Assembly: GCA_028534125.1 (NCBI GenBank)
Contig: CM052816.1
Coordinates: forward strand, 620,001 to 684,000
Direction of reading: 5' to 3'
Source of the DNA: Lama glama
Taxonomy: Eukaryota
Length of the DNA stretch: 64,000 bases
Made by a program: the position numbers and the translations under genes
The notes under the pieces: generated by a model
What the model was told of the DNA's origin: nothing
What the model saw: only the letters and a program-made list of their open reading frames with translations
Database searches by the model: none
In this document: positions 1 to 18,379 of the stretch, one piece after another
Numbering within the stretch: position 1 is the first letter of the stretch
Layout: the number at the start of each line of letters is the position of its first letter

Positions 1-242
1 GAAACAACCACATGAGAAGTTGGGGAGTGGGTGCTCCAGAGAGAAGGAACTCCCCCTCCTGCACGCTTGGAACCCTTGAGAAACAGCAAAAAGGCGTGGG
101 AGGCCAGAGAAGCAGCACAGGGCCAGACCACATAGGCCTTGAGGTCATGGTGAGGATTTTGGGTTGCCCTGGTGACCACTGAAAGGTTTTAAGCAGGTTT
201 GCTCCTCCCTGCTTTGTGAGAGTGGAAGGAAGCAGATCAATC

Positions 243-630
243 TGGCAAAAACTTTGCAGATGTGACTGTTTTAGGATATCAAGATGAGACGATTATTTGG
301 ATTATCTAGGTGGGTCTAAATGTCTTCTCAAATGTTCTATAAAAGAGAAGCACAGGGAGATTTGATACAGGCAAAAGAAGATGCAGCAATGCGACCAGGG
401 AGACAGAGATTGGAGTGATGTGGCCACAAGTCTGGGAATGCCAGGTTACCACTAGAAGCTACAATAGGCAAGTAAAGGATTGTCCCCTAGAACACTTACA
501 GAGGATATGGCCCCGGTGACACCCTGACACTAAGACTTCTGACCTGCACAGCTATGAGTGAAAAAATTTCTGCTGTTTTTAACCACCAAGTTTGTGGTAA
601 TGTTATGGCAACCACAGAAAGCTAATGCAG
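243..630 (+). mobile_element. MaLR LTR (MLT1-like), inserted within an L2 relic
   Basis: Hallmark text: tttgcagatgtga...gattatctaggtggg...gattggagtgatgtggccacaag...aagtttgtggtaatgttatggcaaccacagaaagctaatgca. Confidence 0.8.
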
Positions 631-1500
631 GTGACTTGGAATAAGGTTTTAGCAGTGGAGAGGGCCGGAAGGGATTGAATTCAAGATCTATTTCTGCAGA
701 CAGTGTCATCAGGACTAGCTGATGTATGTGATGTTAATATCACAGAAGAAGAGTCAAGGAGGATTCCCAGGATTTTATCCTGAAAAGTGGATGGATGATG
801 GCAAAATTTACTGAGATAGGAAGAGGGGGCAAGGATTGTTAAATGTTATGTGTTGGCCACAGTCATGTTTGAGAAAATAATATCCACTAGCTTTTGTCAC
901 TGCTCTCTATGTGCCAGGCACTGTTCTCTAAGTTTGTAACTCAGTTATCAATGTAAAGTGGGCAGTTAGATGTGAGTCTGGAGCTTAAAAGTTAGGCTGG
1001 AAATATAAATATGGGAGTCATCACTGTATTTGAAGCCATGGGGCCCAATAGATCAAACAAGATGAAAGAAACAAGAAGACTTGGTTCTGGGACCAAACCC
1101 AAGCCAGGGGACACTCAGTCTATATTTTGGTGGGACAGTGGATGAGGATCCAAAAAAGGAAAGGAGAAGCCAATGAGGAGGGGGGAAAACCAGAAGTGTG
1201 TGAAGTCACAGAAGCTAGTCTGGCGTGGGGGGTGGGGGGTGAGGTGCATGGAGGAAAATATCTAACATTGTCAGATGTTCCTCTAAGGGTAGAGAGGCAG
1301 ACAGAGAACTGACCACTGCCTTTAGCAAAGTGGCTGCCCCAAGTGGCCCTGAGAAGCACCATTCCAGTGGCTCGGTGGAGAGAAAAGCTTCATCGGAGTC
1401 AACTGAAGAGAGAATGGAAGGTGCGGAAGAGTCCACAGCAAATCTAGGCAAATTTTCGGACGACTTCTGACGGGAGCAGAGGGAATAGGCTATAGGTGGT
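631..1500 (-). mobile_element. Degenerate L2 LINE (also 1-240)
   Basis: Purine-rich L2 motifs: aagagtcaaggaggattcccagg, ggcagttagatgtgagtctggagct, gtatttgaagccatggg. Confidence 0.6.
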
Positions 1501-1699
1501 GGTTGCCTTGGGGGTCCAGGGAAGGCTCTAATTGGTTTTTAAGGTAGCCGATTTTGCCGCACGTGTTAGCTTGTTGGTGGCAATTGGGAGGGGGGCCTGA
1601 AGTTGAAGTACAAAGTAGGAACAAATAGCAGAGACCATGTCCCTGGGCAGGCTGGACGGGCTGGGGTCGGCGAATGGGAGGAGAGCTTGGCCCTAATTA

Positions 1700-2280
1700 T
1701 TCCATTTTCCCAAACCTTTGGTCACCCATGATCGGTGCTCATCAAGGAAGCGACCCGCCCACAAACCCCCAAAGGCTCGGCGACGAGCGTGGGCTTCTTG
1801 CGGGAACCACGGCTCCCAGCAGGCGTTGCGCTGGGCGGCCAGTGCGCATGCGCCCGCCGCCTGCCTCCGACCCTCCCCTCCCCCGCAAGCCCTGGCCCCA
1901 GTTCCGGGCTGGAGCCACCGACGCGAAGGGGGACGGGTTCCTCTTAAAAGAGAAACGGCGGCCGCGCGCGCGAGGTGGGCCCCTGTCCTCCCGCCGCTCT
2001 CCGGGCCTGCGCGCGAGGCGGGGGAGGCGCAGGCGCAGTCGGGATGAGGGCGGGTGGGGGCGTACAGGTAAGGCCGGGGTGGGGGTGGGCCGCGGCGGGA
2101 GCTCCGGGCGGCCTGCGAGCTGTCTTTAGAATTGGCCCGTCCCACGCACTGTGAGCGATCAGTGGGGCCGCCGGAGACGGGGTGGGGGGCACCCTCCCGA
2201 CCCCCGCCCCGCCCTCCCCGGGCTCCACCCACATCATCCCGACTATAAGGAGCTCTCGCAATGCACACGACCTGGTCCTT
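1700..2280 (+). promoter_or_regulatory. ZNF692: CpG-island promoter / non-coding first exon of ZNF692
   Basis: Dense CpG; NRF1-like TGCGCATGCGC at 1843-1853 and GCGCAGGCGCA at 2027-2037; GC boxes; strong donor CAG|GTAAGG after 2067. Confidence 0.8.
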
Positions 2281-2674
2281 CCCTCAACAACCAGTAAAGG
2301 CCTGCGCCCTTTTCAAGATGGAACTGTTACCTTACCCCCTCCCCCAGCCCCGCCCCAGTTGAAATTTCCTTACCCATAGCTCCAGGTCTACACTTCAGTG
2401 GGCCTGGGATCGGGTCATTCTGACTTTTATGCTGACCCCGTAACTCCCATCCCCTCGATACCCACCCCATAGCGCTGGCTCACACGCCCTGTAATATAAG
2501 CAAAGGTTGTTTTGGCCCAGTGGTAGCGAATCCTATTGCAATGGTTTTTTTAGTTCTGTCCCGACTCATTGATGAGGAAACTGAGGCCCTGGCAGAGGAT
2601 GGAGCTGGGGACTCTGGCCCCAGATCAGGTCGGCCCACACGCGTGTCTCCTCCAGTCTGCAGGCCCTGGCGCTC

Positions 2675-10081
<7,407 letters not shown>

Positions 10082-10252
10082 CAGAGAGCATTCCCTGGAA
10101 TTTGCAGAGTCAGGCCCCAGGGACTGAAAAGCAGCTAAAAAAAAAAAAAGCCAGATGCCTGGTCCCTAGAAACTAGGGTGATGGGGAGTGCAGGGTAGGG
10201 GCAAGACGGGGCTCTAGGGGAGCCAGGTGACTTTAGTCTTCCTAAAGGACAG

Positions 10253-10258
10253 AATAAA
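10253..10258 (+). terminator. ZNF692: ZNF692 polyadenylation signal AATAAA
   Basis: AATAAA ~170 nt after the stop, followed by T/GT-rich sequence. Confidence 0.8.
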
Positions 10259-10711
10259 CCCAGTATTTTACATGAACTTGTGTGGGCAAAGCAAGTGTTT
10301 TTGGCACCTCAGGTGCAGGAATCTTGATTCCTTTGTTAGCAGGCTCGGCTAGAATGTGCCTGAGTGCATCCTAAGTGCAGGCCCCCAGCTGCCCCCACCC
10401 CGAGGACCCGGCCTCCTTTCTCAGTTTGCACTGGCACTTTGCAGCGCCTTTCCTGTGGAGTGTTACACCTGCTCTTGCACTCAAGCAAGGCAGGCCGATA
10501 GTATGGAGAGTGCTTGGTCATTCCAGAGGGATGTGCTGGGGTGGGGATACAGGCATGTGATGGGCCCCGCTGGTACTCTCCTGTAACCAAATGTATAAGT
10601 CCCTGAAGGGTCTTGCCTTCCAGTGCAAAAATGAGGGGGCCACACATGCAAGATTGCTGGGCCTCAAGTTTGACAAAGGGAAGCCCTTGGCATCTGGAAC
10701 CCAGACAACTC

Positions 10712-10717
10712 TTTATT
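10712..10717 (-). terminator. ZNF672: ZNF672 polyadenylation signal (AATAAA on minus strand)
   Basis: TTTATT on + strand ~860 nt past the stop; tail-to-tail with ZNF692. Confidence 0.7.
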
Positions 10718-11578
10718 TCACCACCTGCAAGCAAAAAAAAAAAAAAAAAAAAAAATCTCTGGCTAATTCCAGGGAATTTTCCACCCTGCGCTGTCACCTC
10801 TGTGGAGCTGTTTCACCATGGCTCCAAGCTTGATAGGTATAAAACATATTCATACTCCATGTGGCAGTGCCAGGCTTTATAGACCCCTGTGTTCTTGGCC
10901 CGGGTCCCAGGGCTAATGTCCTGAGAGGCACCTTGATTTGTACACCATCAGGTCTGGCCCGTGGGCCATGCTGAGAGCTTCTGCCCACCTTCACGTGGTG
11001 TGAAGTACCCTTCTGGGTGCTTCTGGTGGGGAGATAACCGTTTAGTGAGGGGAGCTCTCTCACTATCTCTCTGCCTGCAAACTCCCCATCTCTCAGAAGC
11101 TGAGGGAGAGAGCAGCAGAGAGACTGAGAGTAAAGTTGGAAGGAAGAGGCAGGAAGGCCACGGGGCGGGTGGGATGTGATTCTGGCCACGTCTGTGATGA
11201 CCATTACCTGAAGCAGCAGGACATCAGGAGTACCCGGAAAGGAGAGGTAGCAGAGACTCGGGGCTGGAAAAAGGAGATGGGACAAAAAAAGACAGAACCC
11301 TGGTGGATAACAGGAGACGCCTGAGAGCAGAGAAGCAGCGCTCGGACACACCAGTACTTGGGGTCCGGGAGGTTCTCCTGGCACAACACCCAGAGCCGGC
11401 GAAGGAAGGGCTGAGAATAGGCAAAGAGCTGACCAGGGGAGGAGGCGTAGGGGCGCAGCAACAGAGATGGAGAAAGGCGACAGGCCACATCGCCTTTCCA
11501 CAGACCCCCATCTGCCAGTTGCTCCCCCGCCCTGTCGCAGCATGTAAGTGCTTGTCTAGCCCACTCCTGAGAACCCTC

Positions 11579-12973
11579 TCAGCAAGTCTCTCTCAACTGA
11601 GACACAAAGAGTCCCGGCTTTTCCTGTTCAGCTTGGCCAGCATAGATCAGGGCAGTGCCTGCCATGGCCTGGGTGGCGGCGGCGGCGGCGGCGGCGCGAG
11701 CCCGTGTGTGCGCCCGCTGGTGCTGTGACAGTGAGCGGCTGTGGCTGAAGCACTTGCCACACTCCGCACACTGGGCCGGCCGCTCGCCCAGGTGCGTCTT
11801 GCGGTGCAGCGTCAGCTTGGAGCCCACGCTGAAGGCCTTGCCACACTCAGGGCACTTGTGCGGCTTGTGGCCGGCGTGGTTGCGCCGGTGCACGTTGAGG
11901 TTGGACACGCACGTGAAGCGCCGGCCGCACACCTCGCAGCGGTACGGCTTCTCGCCGGTGTGCGTGCGCCGGTGCTTGGTGAGGTCAGAGCGGTCGCTGA
12001 AGCAGCGGCCACAGTCCGGGCACGGGAAGGGCCTCTCGCCCGTGTGGATGCGCTGGTGCACCACCAGGTCGGAGCGCTGCCCGAAGCCCTTGCCGCACGT
12101 GCCGCAGGCGTGCGGCCGCTCGCCCTGGTGGCTGCGCTGATGGCGCAGCAGCGTGGAGCTCTCGCTGAAGCGGCGGCCGCAGGCGCCGCAGGCGTAGGGC
12201 TTCTCGCCCGTGTGCGTGCGCTGGTGGCGCACCAGCGTGGCGGTCTCTAGGAAGCCCTTGCCGCACTCGGGGCACTTGAAGGGCTTCTCGCCCGAGTGGG
12301 TCTGCACGTGTCGCGTCAGCGTGGAGCTCTTGCCGAAGCTCTTGCCGCACACGCCACACCGGTGCGCGTCCGGAGCACGCGACTGCCGGCGCGGGGAGTC
12401 GCCGGCGCGCTCGGCCCGGTGGGCACGCGCGTGGCTCCGAAGTCCCGCGCCGCTGCGGAAGGCCCGTGGGCACTGCGGGCAGCGGTGGGGCGCGGCCGCG
12501 GGCGTGGCGGGTGTCCCCCACGGGTGCACCCGCGCCTGGTGGAAGCGCAGCGCGCTCTGGCGGAAGGCACGAGGGCACAGCGGGCAGCGACAGGGCCGCT
12601 CGGGCGGGTGCCAGTGGCGCCGGTGCAGCAGCAACGCGGGGAGGTGCGGGAAGCGGCGGCCGCAAGCGCGGCAGCGACAGAGGCGGCCGCGGCGCCGCCG
12701 GTGCGCGCTCTGGTGCAGGTCGAGGTGGCCGCTGTGGCGGAAGCTCTGGCCACACTCGCTGCAGATGTAGAGCGTCTGGCCCGCGTGGGCGCGTCGGTGA
12801 GCCCGGAGGTCCTTGGCCTGCGGGCAGCGCTCTCCGCATTCTAGGCAGAGGAAGCGGCGGTCCCCACCGTGGGCGCGCTCGTGCCGCAGCAGCACGGAAC
12901 TGTAGCGGAAGCTCTTGCCACACTCACTGCACGTGTAAGGCCTGCCCACTGCGGCCTGTGATGCGGCCAGCAT
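11579..12973 (-). CDS. ZNF672: Zinc finger protein 672; single coding exon, 464 aa, 14 C2H2-type fingers (finger 5 has C-x11-H spacing), no KRAB/SCAN domain
   Basis: Lies within ORF 11579..13021. First ATG at 12973 has context gtcaccATG (MLAASQAAVGRPYTCSECGKSFRYSSVLLRHERAH...). In-frame TAA upstream at 13052-13054. Matches recalled ZNF672. Confidence 0.95.
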   Translation of the reverse strand: MLAASQAAVGRPYTCSECGKSFRYSSVLLRHERAHGGDRRFLCLECGERCPQAKDLRAHRRAHAGQTLYICSECGQSFRHSGHLDLHQSAHRRRRGRLCRCRACGRRFPHLPALLLHRRHWHPPERPCRCPLCPRAFRQSALRFHQARVHPWGTPATPAAAPHRCPQCPRAFRSGAGLRSHARAHRAERAGDSPRRQSRAPDAHRCGVCGKSFGKSSTLTRHVQTHSGEKPFKCPECGKGFLETATLVRHQRTHTGEKPYACGACGRRFSESSTLLRHQRSHQGERPHACGTCGKGFGQRSDLVVHQRIHTGERPFPCPDCGRCFSDRSDLTKHRRTHTGEKPYRCEVCGRRFTCVSNLNVHRRNHAGHKPHKCPECGKAFSVGSKLTLHRKTHLGERPAQCAECGKCFSHSRSLSQHQRAHTRARAAAAAAATQAMAGTALIYAGQAEQEKPGLFVSQLRETC

Positions 12974-13085
12974 GGTGACGGCCAGGCCCCCGGCGCCCTC
13001 CGGGTGCGGTGTCCCACTCACACTCCGGGGTCCACGTCCTGGAGCTGTGGGTTACTTTCACTTTTCTTAAGGCCTTGAAGGGGAC
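12974..13085 (-). other. ZNF672: ZNF672 5'UTR part of the last exon
   Basis: Minus-strand acceptor cctctccctctcccctctgctacag|gtcccc (exon starts at 13085). Confidence 0.75.
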
Positions 13086-14216
13086 CTGTAGCAGAGGGGA
13101 GAGGGAGAGGCCTGGACAACTGGTCTGTGGATCCCAGGGCTCCTTCTCTCATGGGCAGGTGCTGTGGCTTTTTCAGAGGTGAGCGGCAGCTAGATGTGCC
13201 ATGTACCGTGAGCCCTGCAGGGAGAAGGTCACTGTCACCCCAGCTACACCCTGGGGAATGGAAGGGCAAGTACAGGCTCCCTGTTTTTTGTAACTTCCTC
13301 AGCTACGGCGTCCCCTGAATTCCCATTCTCGAAGAGGAGGCAAAGCCTTGAGGGTGCTAGAATCATGGGGTGGGGGGTCCTTGTGCCACTAGGAAGGGCA
13401 GGATGGACTCAGAGGGGAGCTTGCCTCCAGTACATTGTGAGGAAGGGGATGAGGAGGAGGGCCTCGCCTATTTTATGGTCTTAGACCAGGGATCTGGGCC
13501 TGAAGATGCCCTAGGAAATGACCAAGGAAGGATAGGCAATGAGAAGTCCCCTGGGCCTAGACCACACCAGCACCTTCTTCCAGAGACCTGGCTTTCCTGA
13601 GTCACCAGTGCAAACGCAGCCAGGCCTGGGCTGGAAAGACCGGAAGGGCCTTAGATGAAGCCTAAACTTATCCAGCAGCAGGAGCCTGGGCAAAAGGCTC
13701 AGAAAGGGCGGGGGCCTGAGGAAGGGAAGGTGTCTGAGAAACCCTGAAAGTACTACTCCGTGGCTCCGGGCAGCACCTTACAGTCACATCACACCAGTGC
13801 ACAATCCGAGTCCCCTGGCCTAGCCTTGAGAAAGCAACTCACAACCCAGGAAAGGCGTGAAAAGGAAGCATGAATAACTCACAAAGAATATTATCAAAAG
13901 TTCATGGCATTATCCAGGAAGTGCTTTTCACATTTTTAGGGAAGGCTGAGGAGAAGGAAGGGACAGCCTTTCCAATTCTCAGAGCATCCTGGTTGTTTGG
14001 AAACATTCTGCAGACATTCCTCATTGCCCCAGCTCCAGGGATCTGAGAACCTGGAGTAGCAAAGAAGCCCCTTTATGGGGATAGGATCTGCTCTGTCCTC
14101 TTGATCTCAAATGGTATCTCTGACTCCATCTGATAAGTTGGTCCAGGTAGCTATCCAGCAGCAGGGTCAGCCTTTGCGCCCTCTATTTAGAGCACAAATA
14201 GGGCTGCCCTCCTCAC

Positions 14217-14604
14217 CTGGCCGGCCTCACCACTGACGCCAGCCCTCGGGACCCGTGGATCTATCCCCAACCCAGTTCAGTGGGACACTGGAGATGAGAT
14301 ACAGTCATTATCAGTTATAGGCCATGTCACCCAACAGATCAGAGAGAGGAAGCAAACAAAATAGTCACCAGTCATTTTCTTCTTAGCAGATGGAAATTCA
14401 TCCTAAATACAGAGCTGTCGTTAAAACAGCCCATAGACGGGGTCCTCATCTTTTGAATCCAAATGGGATCAACTGAAAAAAAGCCTTTATAGCCACAAAC
14501 CTGCAGGGGTGGGCTCTGGAGCTTCTGCTCCCCTCCGCACTGGACGGGAGTGGCGGATGCAGGATGCTCCCTTCCTGTGCTTCTGGAGCAGGATGTGCTC
14601 CGCC
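14217..14604 (-). other. ZNF672: Candidate non-coding 5'UTR exon(s) of ZNF672
   Basis: Minus-strand acceptor tcttacttcactgctcctgcag| at 14604 (another near 14500) and donor ccag|gtgagg at 14217; boundaries unverified. Confidence 0.4.
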
Positions 14605-15639
14605 CTGCAGGAGCAGTGAAGTAAGAGGGACAATGTGAATTTAAACTAAGCAGAGGGGACAGACACAGGAGGAGAAAGAAGAGGGAAGTATTTCCTGGAA
14701 GAGGGTAGTTTTTTAAATGGACACTTGCAAAGATAAAAAAGTACCAAGAATAGTATCACAAGTCACTCCCTCACCTGCAGCATCTACCTACATTTTGCAT
14801 TTTGTTTCATCTGCGACACTCCCCTCACCCGACTCCACACTCCACCCCACACACTTTTTTTTTTTTTTTTGGTGTGTGTGTGTGTGGTGGGTGGATCTGG
14901 AGTATTTTAAATCCCAGATATCTTATTCAAAGAGGATGAGCTTTAAACAAACTCTGCAAGCAGAGACAGGAGCCTCTCTACAACCTGAGAGCAGACTTTA
15001 GAGCGAGCCTCTCGGATCTTCCAGACGGAGCTTTCAGCCAAGACACTTGCTTAGGCTGCTGATTTCTAGCTGGTCAAATTCAAAGGAATGCTGGCCTTCC
15101 TATGAATAAAACCTTCCTTCAAGAGTCAGTGGTTGATCCCAAAGGCTAAAGAGGCTAATGCTTATGCCTAGGTGAGTGTTCCCCCTCACCTGGGGGTCTC
15201 TGGAGACAATTGCTCCTCTCAGGCCATTTTTCTGGGAACGCACCCTCTGCCAGGATACTGCCTTCCAGGGCGCATGCCCAAGGAAGTAAGACGCATGCAC
15301 AAACATAAACACGCACACACAAATGACATATAAACAAACATACCACTTCCCCCCATTACAGATGTGGCGTAAGAGAGCCCGGTCTAGGGTGCAGGTTTGT
15401 TGCTTGAGTGCCAGCCAGGCTGTATGCTTCTGGTCTCTCTTGTGTACCTCACCCCATGCTGGAGCTTGCCTGGAAGGAAAGGGTCTATGCCCGGCGGGAA
15501 ATCTAAAAGAAAAATAAAACATCACTGTGCCAAACGAAGAACAATTTCTGAACTGTCCTAATGATTTTCCTGATTGAATTTTGAAGTTATACCATCAAAT
15601 TTCTTTGGAGAAAAAATAAGTACCAGGAGACAAACATTA

Positions 15640-15712
15640 CACTGTTCACCAGAAATTGACACATGTTGTAAACTGACTATACTTCAATAAAAAAGAATGC
15701 AAAAAAAAAAAA
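15640..15712 (+). mobile_element. Very short L1 3' end with A tail
   Basis: caccagaaattgacacatgttgtaaactgactatacttcaataaaaaa, the same tail as the L1 ending at 24551. Confidence 0.75.
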
Positions 15713-16021
15713 ACCCCCATAAGTACAGGGAAGGCTTGGAAAGAGGGAACAGGGTCATTATATGTGAACTGTTAAAAGGTCCTAATTGTTCAATACTATA
15801 GTAGTTTAGTACCTTCCAAGAATTTAATAAAGACAGATATTTATAAATACTGCACATATAACCAATAAAAACATGTACTAAGAAGATAAGCTAATGGCAA
15901 AAATGTTCGTAATGAAGATAAACTTCCGAGTTTCGTATATCACTTTATTTTTGTTCCTTAACAGATCTTGCAGGCATCTCATGCCATATCTAACTGTTCA
16001 CAAGAGTGTTGGACTTCCATC

Positions 16022-16151
16022 TTTTATTTTGTGTGTGTGGTGGGGGAGGTAATTAGGTTTATTTGTTTCTTTAATGGAGGTACCAGGGATCAAACCCAAG
16101 ACCTCATGCATGCTAAGCATACACTCTAGCACTTGAGCTACACCTTCCCCC
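16022..16151 (-). mobile_element. vic-1-like camelid tRNA-Ala-derived SINE
   Basis: Reverse complement ggggaaggtgtagctcaagtgctagagtgtatgcttagcatgcatgaggtcttgggtttgatccctggtacctcca plus an AT-rich tail. Confidence 0.85.
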
Positions 16152-16225
16152 TGCAATTTCTCCATCTTGAAACCAGAGTTGGATAAAACTGATTTGGGCT
16201 GCAAGAGTGGGGCTGAGAGCTGTCC

Positions 16226-16525
16226 CAGCTGTGCTGTCCACTACAGTAGCCCCAAGCCACCTGTGGCAGCTGAACACTTGAAGTGCGTTTGGTCCAAACT
16301 GACATGTGCTGTAAGGGTCAAATACACTCCTGATTTCAAAGACCTAGTAGGAAAAAAAGTGCAAAATCGCTCATTAATAATGTTTAATGTTGGCTATACG
16401 TTGAATTGATAATGTTTTGGATATACTGGGTTTAAATCAAATATATTTTTTAAATTTATTCCACCTGTTTTTAAGAAAAGTGATGAGTACAAATGTAGCT
16501 CACGTTTTATTTTTATTGGATAGTG
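16226..16525. mobile_element. hAT-Charlie MITE (MER33-like)
   Basis: Ends cagctgtgctgtcca / tattggatagtg; internal tgtgctgtaagggtcaaatacactcctgatttcaaagac. Confidence 0.7.
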
Positions 16526-16546
16526 TTTGCCAAATGGGTGTTCCAA

Positions 16547-16646
16547 NNNNNNNNNNNNNNNNNNNNNNNNNNNNNNNNNNNNNNNNNNNNNNNNNNNNNN
16601 NNNNNNNNNNNNNNNNNNNNNNNNNNNNNNNNNNNNNNNNNNNNNN
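16547..16646. other. Assembly gap (100 N)
   Basis: Run of N. Confidence 1.
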
Positions 16647-18199
16647 TAGCCAGTGACAGACAGCAGCACAGCAGGAAGCCCCAGGCAGCCCCAGGGACCA
16701 GGGCTCACTCTGTGCGCTCCACTGTGGATCACCCTTGAGGAGAGTGGTAGCTGCATTCTGGAGAGGAGACTCTTTGCTGGCCTTTCCATACAACCTCCAC
16801 ATCTCCTCAACCCCTACCGCTGCCCCAGCCCTAAAATCTGTCGCCCCAGCCTTAAAGACATTGCAGTCTCTAGACTCTGAGACACCCCTAAAGATGGCTG
16901 AAATGTACATCCAGATAGAAGCAAATAATCCACTTTTCACTCTCCTGGGGGGAAGTGGCGGGAGCAATCAGGTGGATGGAAAAGTTTAACTGGCCCTTTT
17001 TGGGGCCCTTCGACTTCCTGAAAGCCCTTCTCCGCACCCTTCATTCAAGGCTCTCCTCCAATAATCCCTCCTCACCCTCACTCCTCCAGCCCCCTACTTG
17101 CCTTTATTCTGAATAATCAGTGAAAGTAACAGGAAACAGTGATTCCCAAGCCACCCTGAAAAGGTTTCAGCCTCTTTTCTGGGTGAGGATGGGGTATGAA
17201 ATCCAGGGCACCAAAGTGGCCAATCCTCACTTCCCTCTTCCTCATAACAGAAACAAGGTCCAGTACTTTAGAAGAAGCTGCCCTTTCCAGCTTCAGATCC
17301 AGTGTGACATGTTTAAGGAGTTGGTGGAAATAGGAATGACACCTCCCCCCACATCCTAAGTGCCCAAGCCTGATCACGGTTCAAATGGATCCTTTTGCAG
17401 GTTTCTTTTGCAAAGATTTTCCTGTGAAATCTGAGAAGTGTGGAGAAGTCATGCATATTGATAGGGGGAGAACATACATAGTGAGGTAGTTTATTCTCTA
17501 GGTCCCTTTGACACACGGGCAAGACTACAGCCCGGAGGGGCCAGAGCAGCCCAGAACTGGGATGAGGGAAGGGGTTATATGGTGTTTTGCACCCTCCCGG
17601 GGCTTAGCAAGAAGTTGGACTTTTTTTTTTTTTAAACGATGTATTAATCTGGAATACAATTCTTTCAAACATTATGTTCCTGGAGGAAAGGCTGTCTCTC
17701 TAGTCCTCTGATCTTCCATAGCCCTATCCACTGCATATACCGCAAATACTGTACCTTGGTTTATTAAGTGGGAACCAGAGAGGCAAGCCTCCAAATTCTG
17801 GGTCTTCAATTACCAGCTGTATGACCTTGGACAGGGGGCTTTGGATGGCTAACACTGCTGTCTGAGAAAACTCAGCAAAGAAAACTACTATAATGCTTCA
17901 TATGGAAAGAGGGAAGGTGTTAAGTCTGAGAACTGTGGTTGCCGAGGTTTTAGGATTTTCTCTGCTCAGGACAGTTCCTCTGAGGAGGGACCCTGACTAA
18001 GGGGTCTGACTCCTACCCCTACTTCCAAGGCATCCTAAGCGTTCTGCAAGAGCTTTTAAGTCCTTCCCCCGACCCCCCAAAGAAGCCTCCTTCACAGGAT
18101 CAGAGCAGCGTGGGCCTTTCGTGGACCCACGCCGTATCCCGGGAGCTTTGAGAGTAAGTAGTGACGTTGGTTACTCATTTTAAGACTTGGTGCCTAGTA

Positions 18200-18338
18200 G
18201 TGGGGAGGGTATATAGCTCAGTGGTAGAGTGCGTGCTTAGCATGCATGAGGTCCTGGGTTCGATTCCCCAGTACCTCCATTAAAGTAAACGACAATAATA
18301 AATAAACCCAACTACCCTCCTCCCCAAATAAACAAAAT
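18200..18338 (+). mobile_element. vic-1-like SINE with near-intact tRNA-Ala(AGC) head and 15-bp TSD
   Basis: TSD acttggtgcctagta at 18185-18199 and 18339-18353; A box 18214-18224, B box 18257-18267; A-rich tail. Confidence 0.92.
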
Positions 18339-18379
18339 ACTTGGTGCCTAGTACTGGAGAACAGGGCCTCGGTTAGAAA

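Noticed and set aside
1674..2379. ORFs in the CpG islands (also 18429..19151 and 29813..30665)
   Set aside because: Stop-poor GC-rich promoter DNA with no recognisable domains.
11655..12978. Long overlapping and antisense ORFs over ZNF672 (e.g. 11985..12923, 12210..12770)
   Set aside because: Expected by-product of very high GC content and repetitive zinc-finger codons; translations are low-complexity.
12974..13021. 16-aa N-terminal extension of ZNF672 from the ORF track (GTG start)
   Set aside because: The track uses bacterial-style start codons; ATG 12973 has a good Kozak context and matches the recalled orthologue start.
13090..17400. KRAB or SCAN domain relic upstream of the ZNF672 finger exon
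   Set aside because: No convincing VTFEDVAV/EEW/MLENY or SCAN motif found by eye; an HMMER search of six-frame translations would be decisive.
18205..18279. Functional tRNA-Ala(AGC) gene
   Set aside because: Flanked by a 15-bp TSD, followed by a SINE tail with no immediate T-run terminator, has small insertions, and has sibling copies in the window; it is a SINE head.
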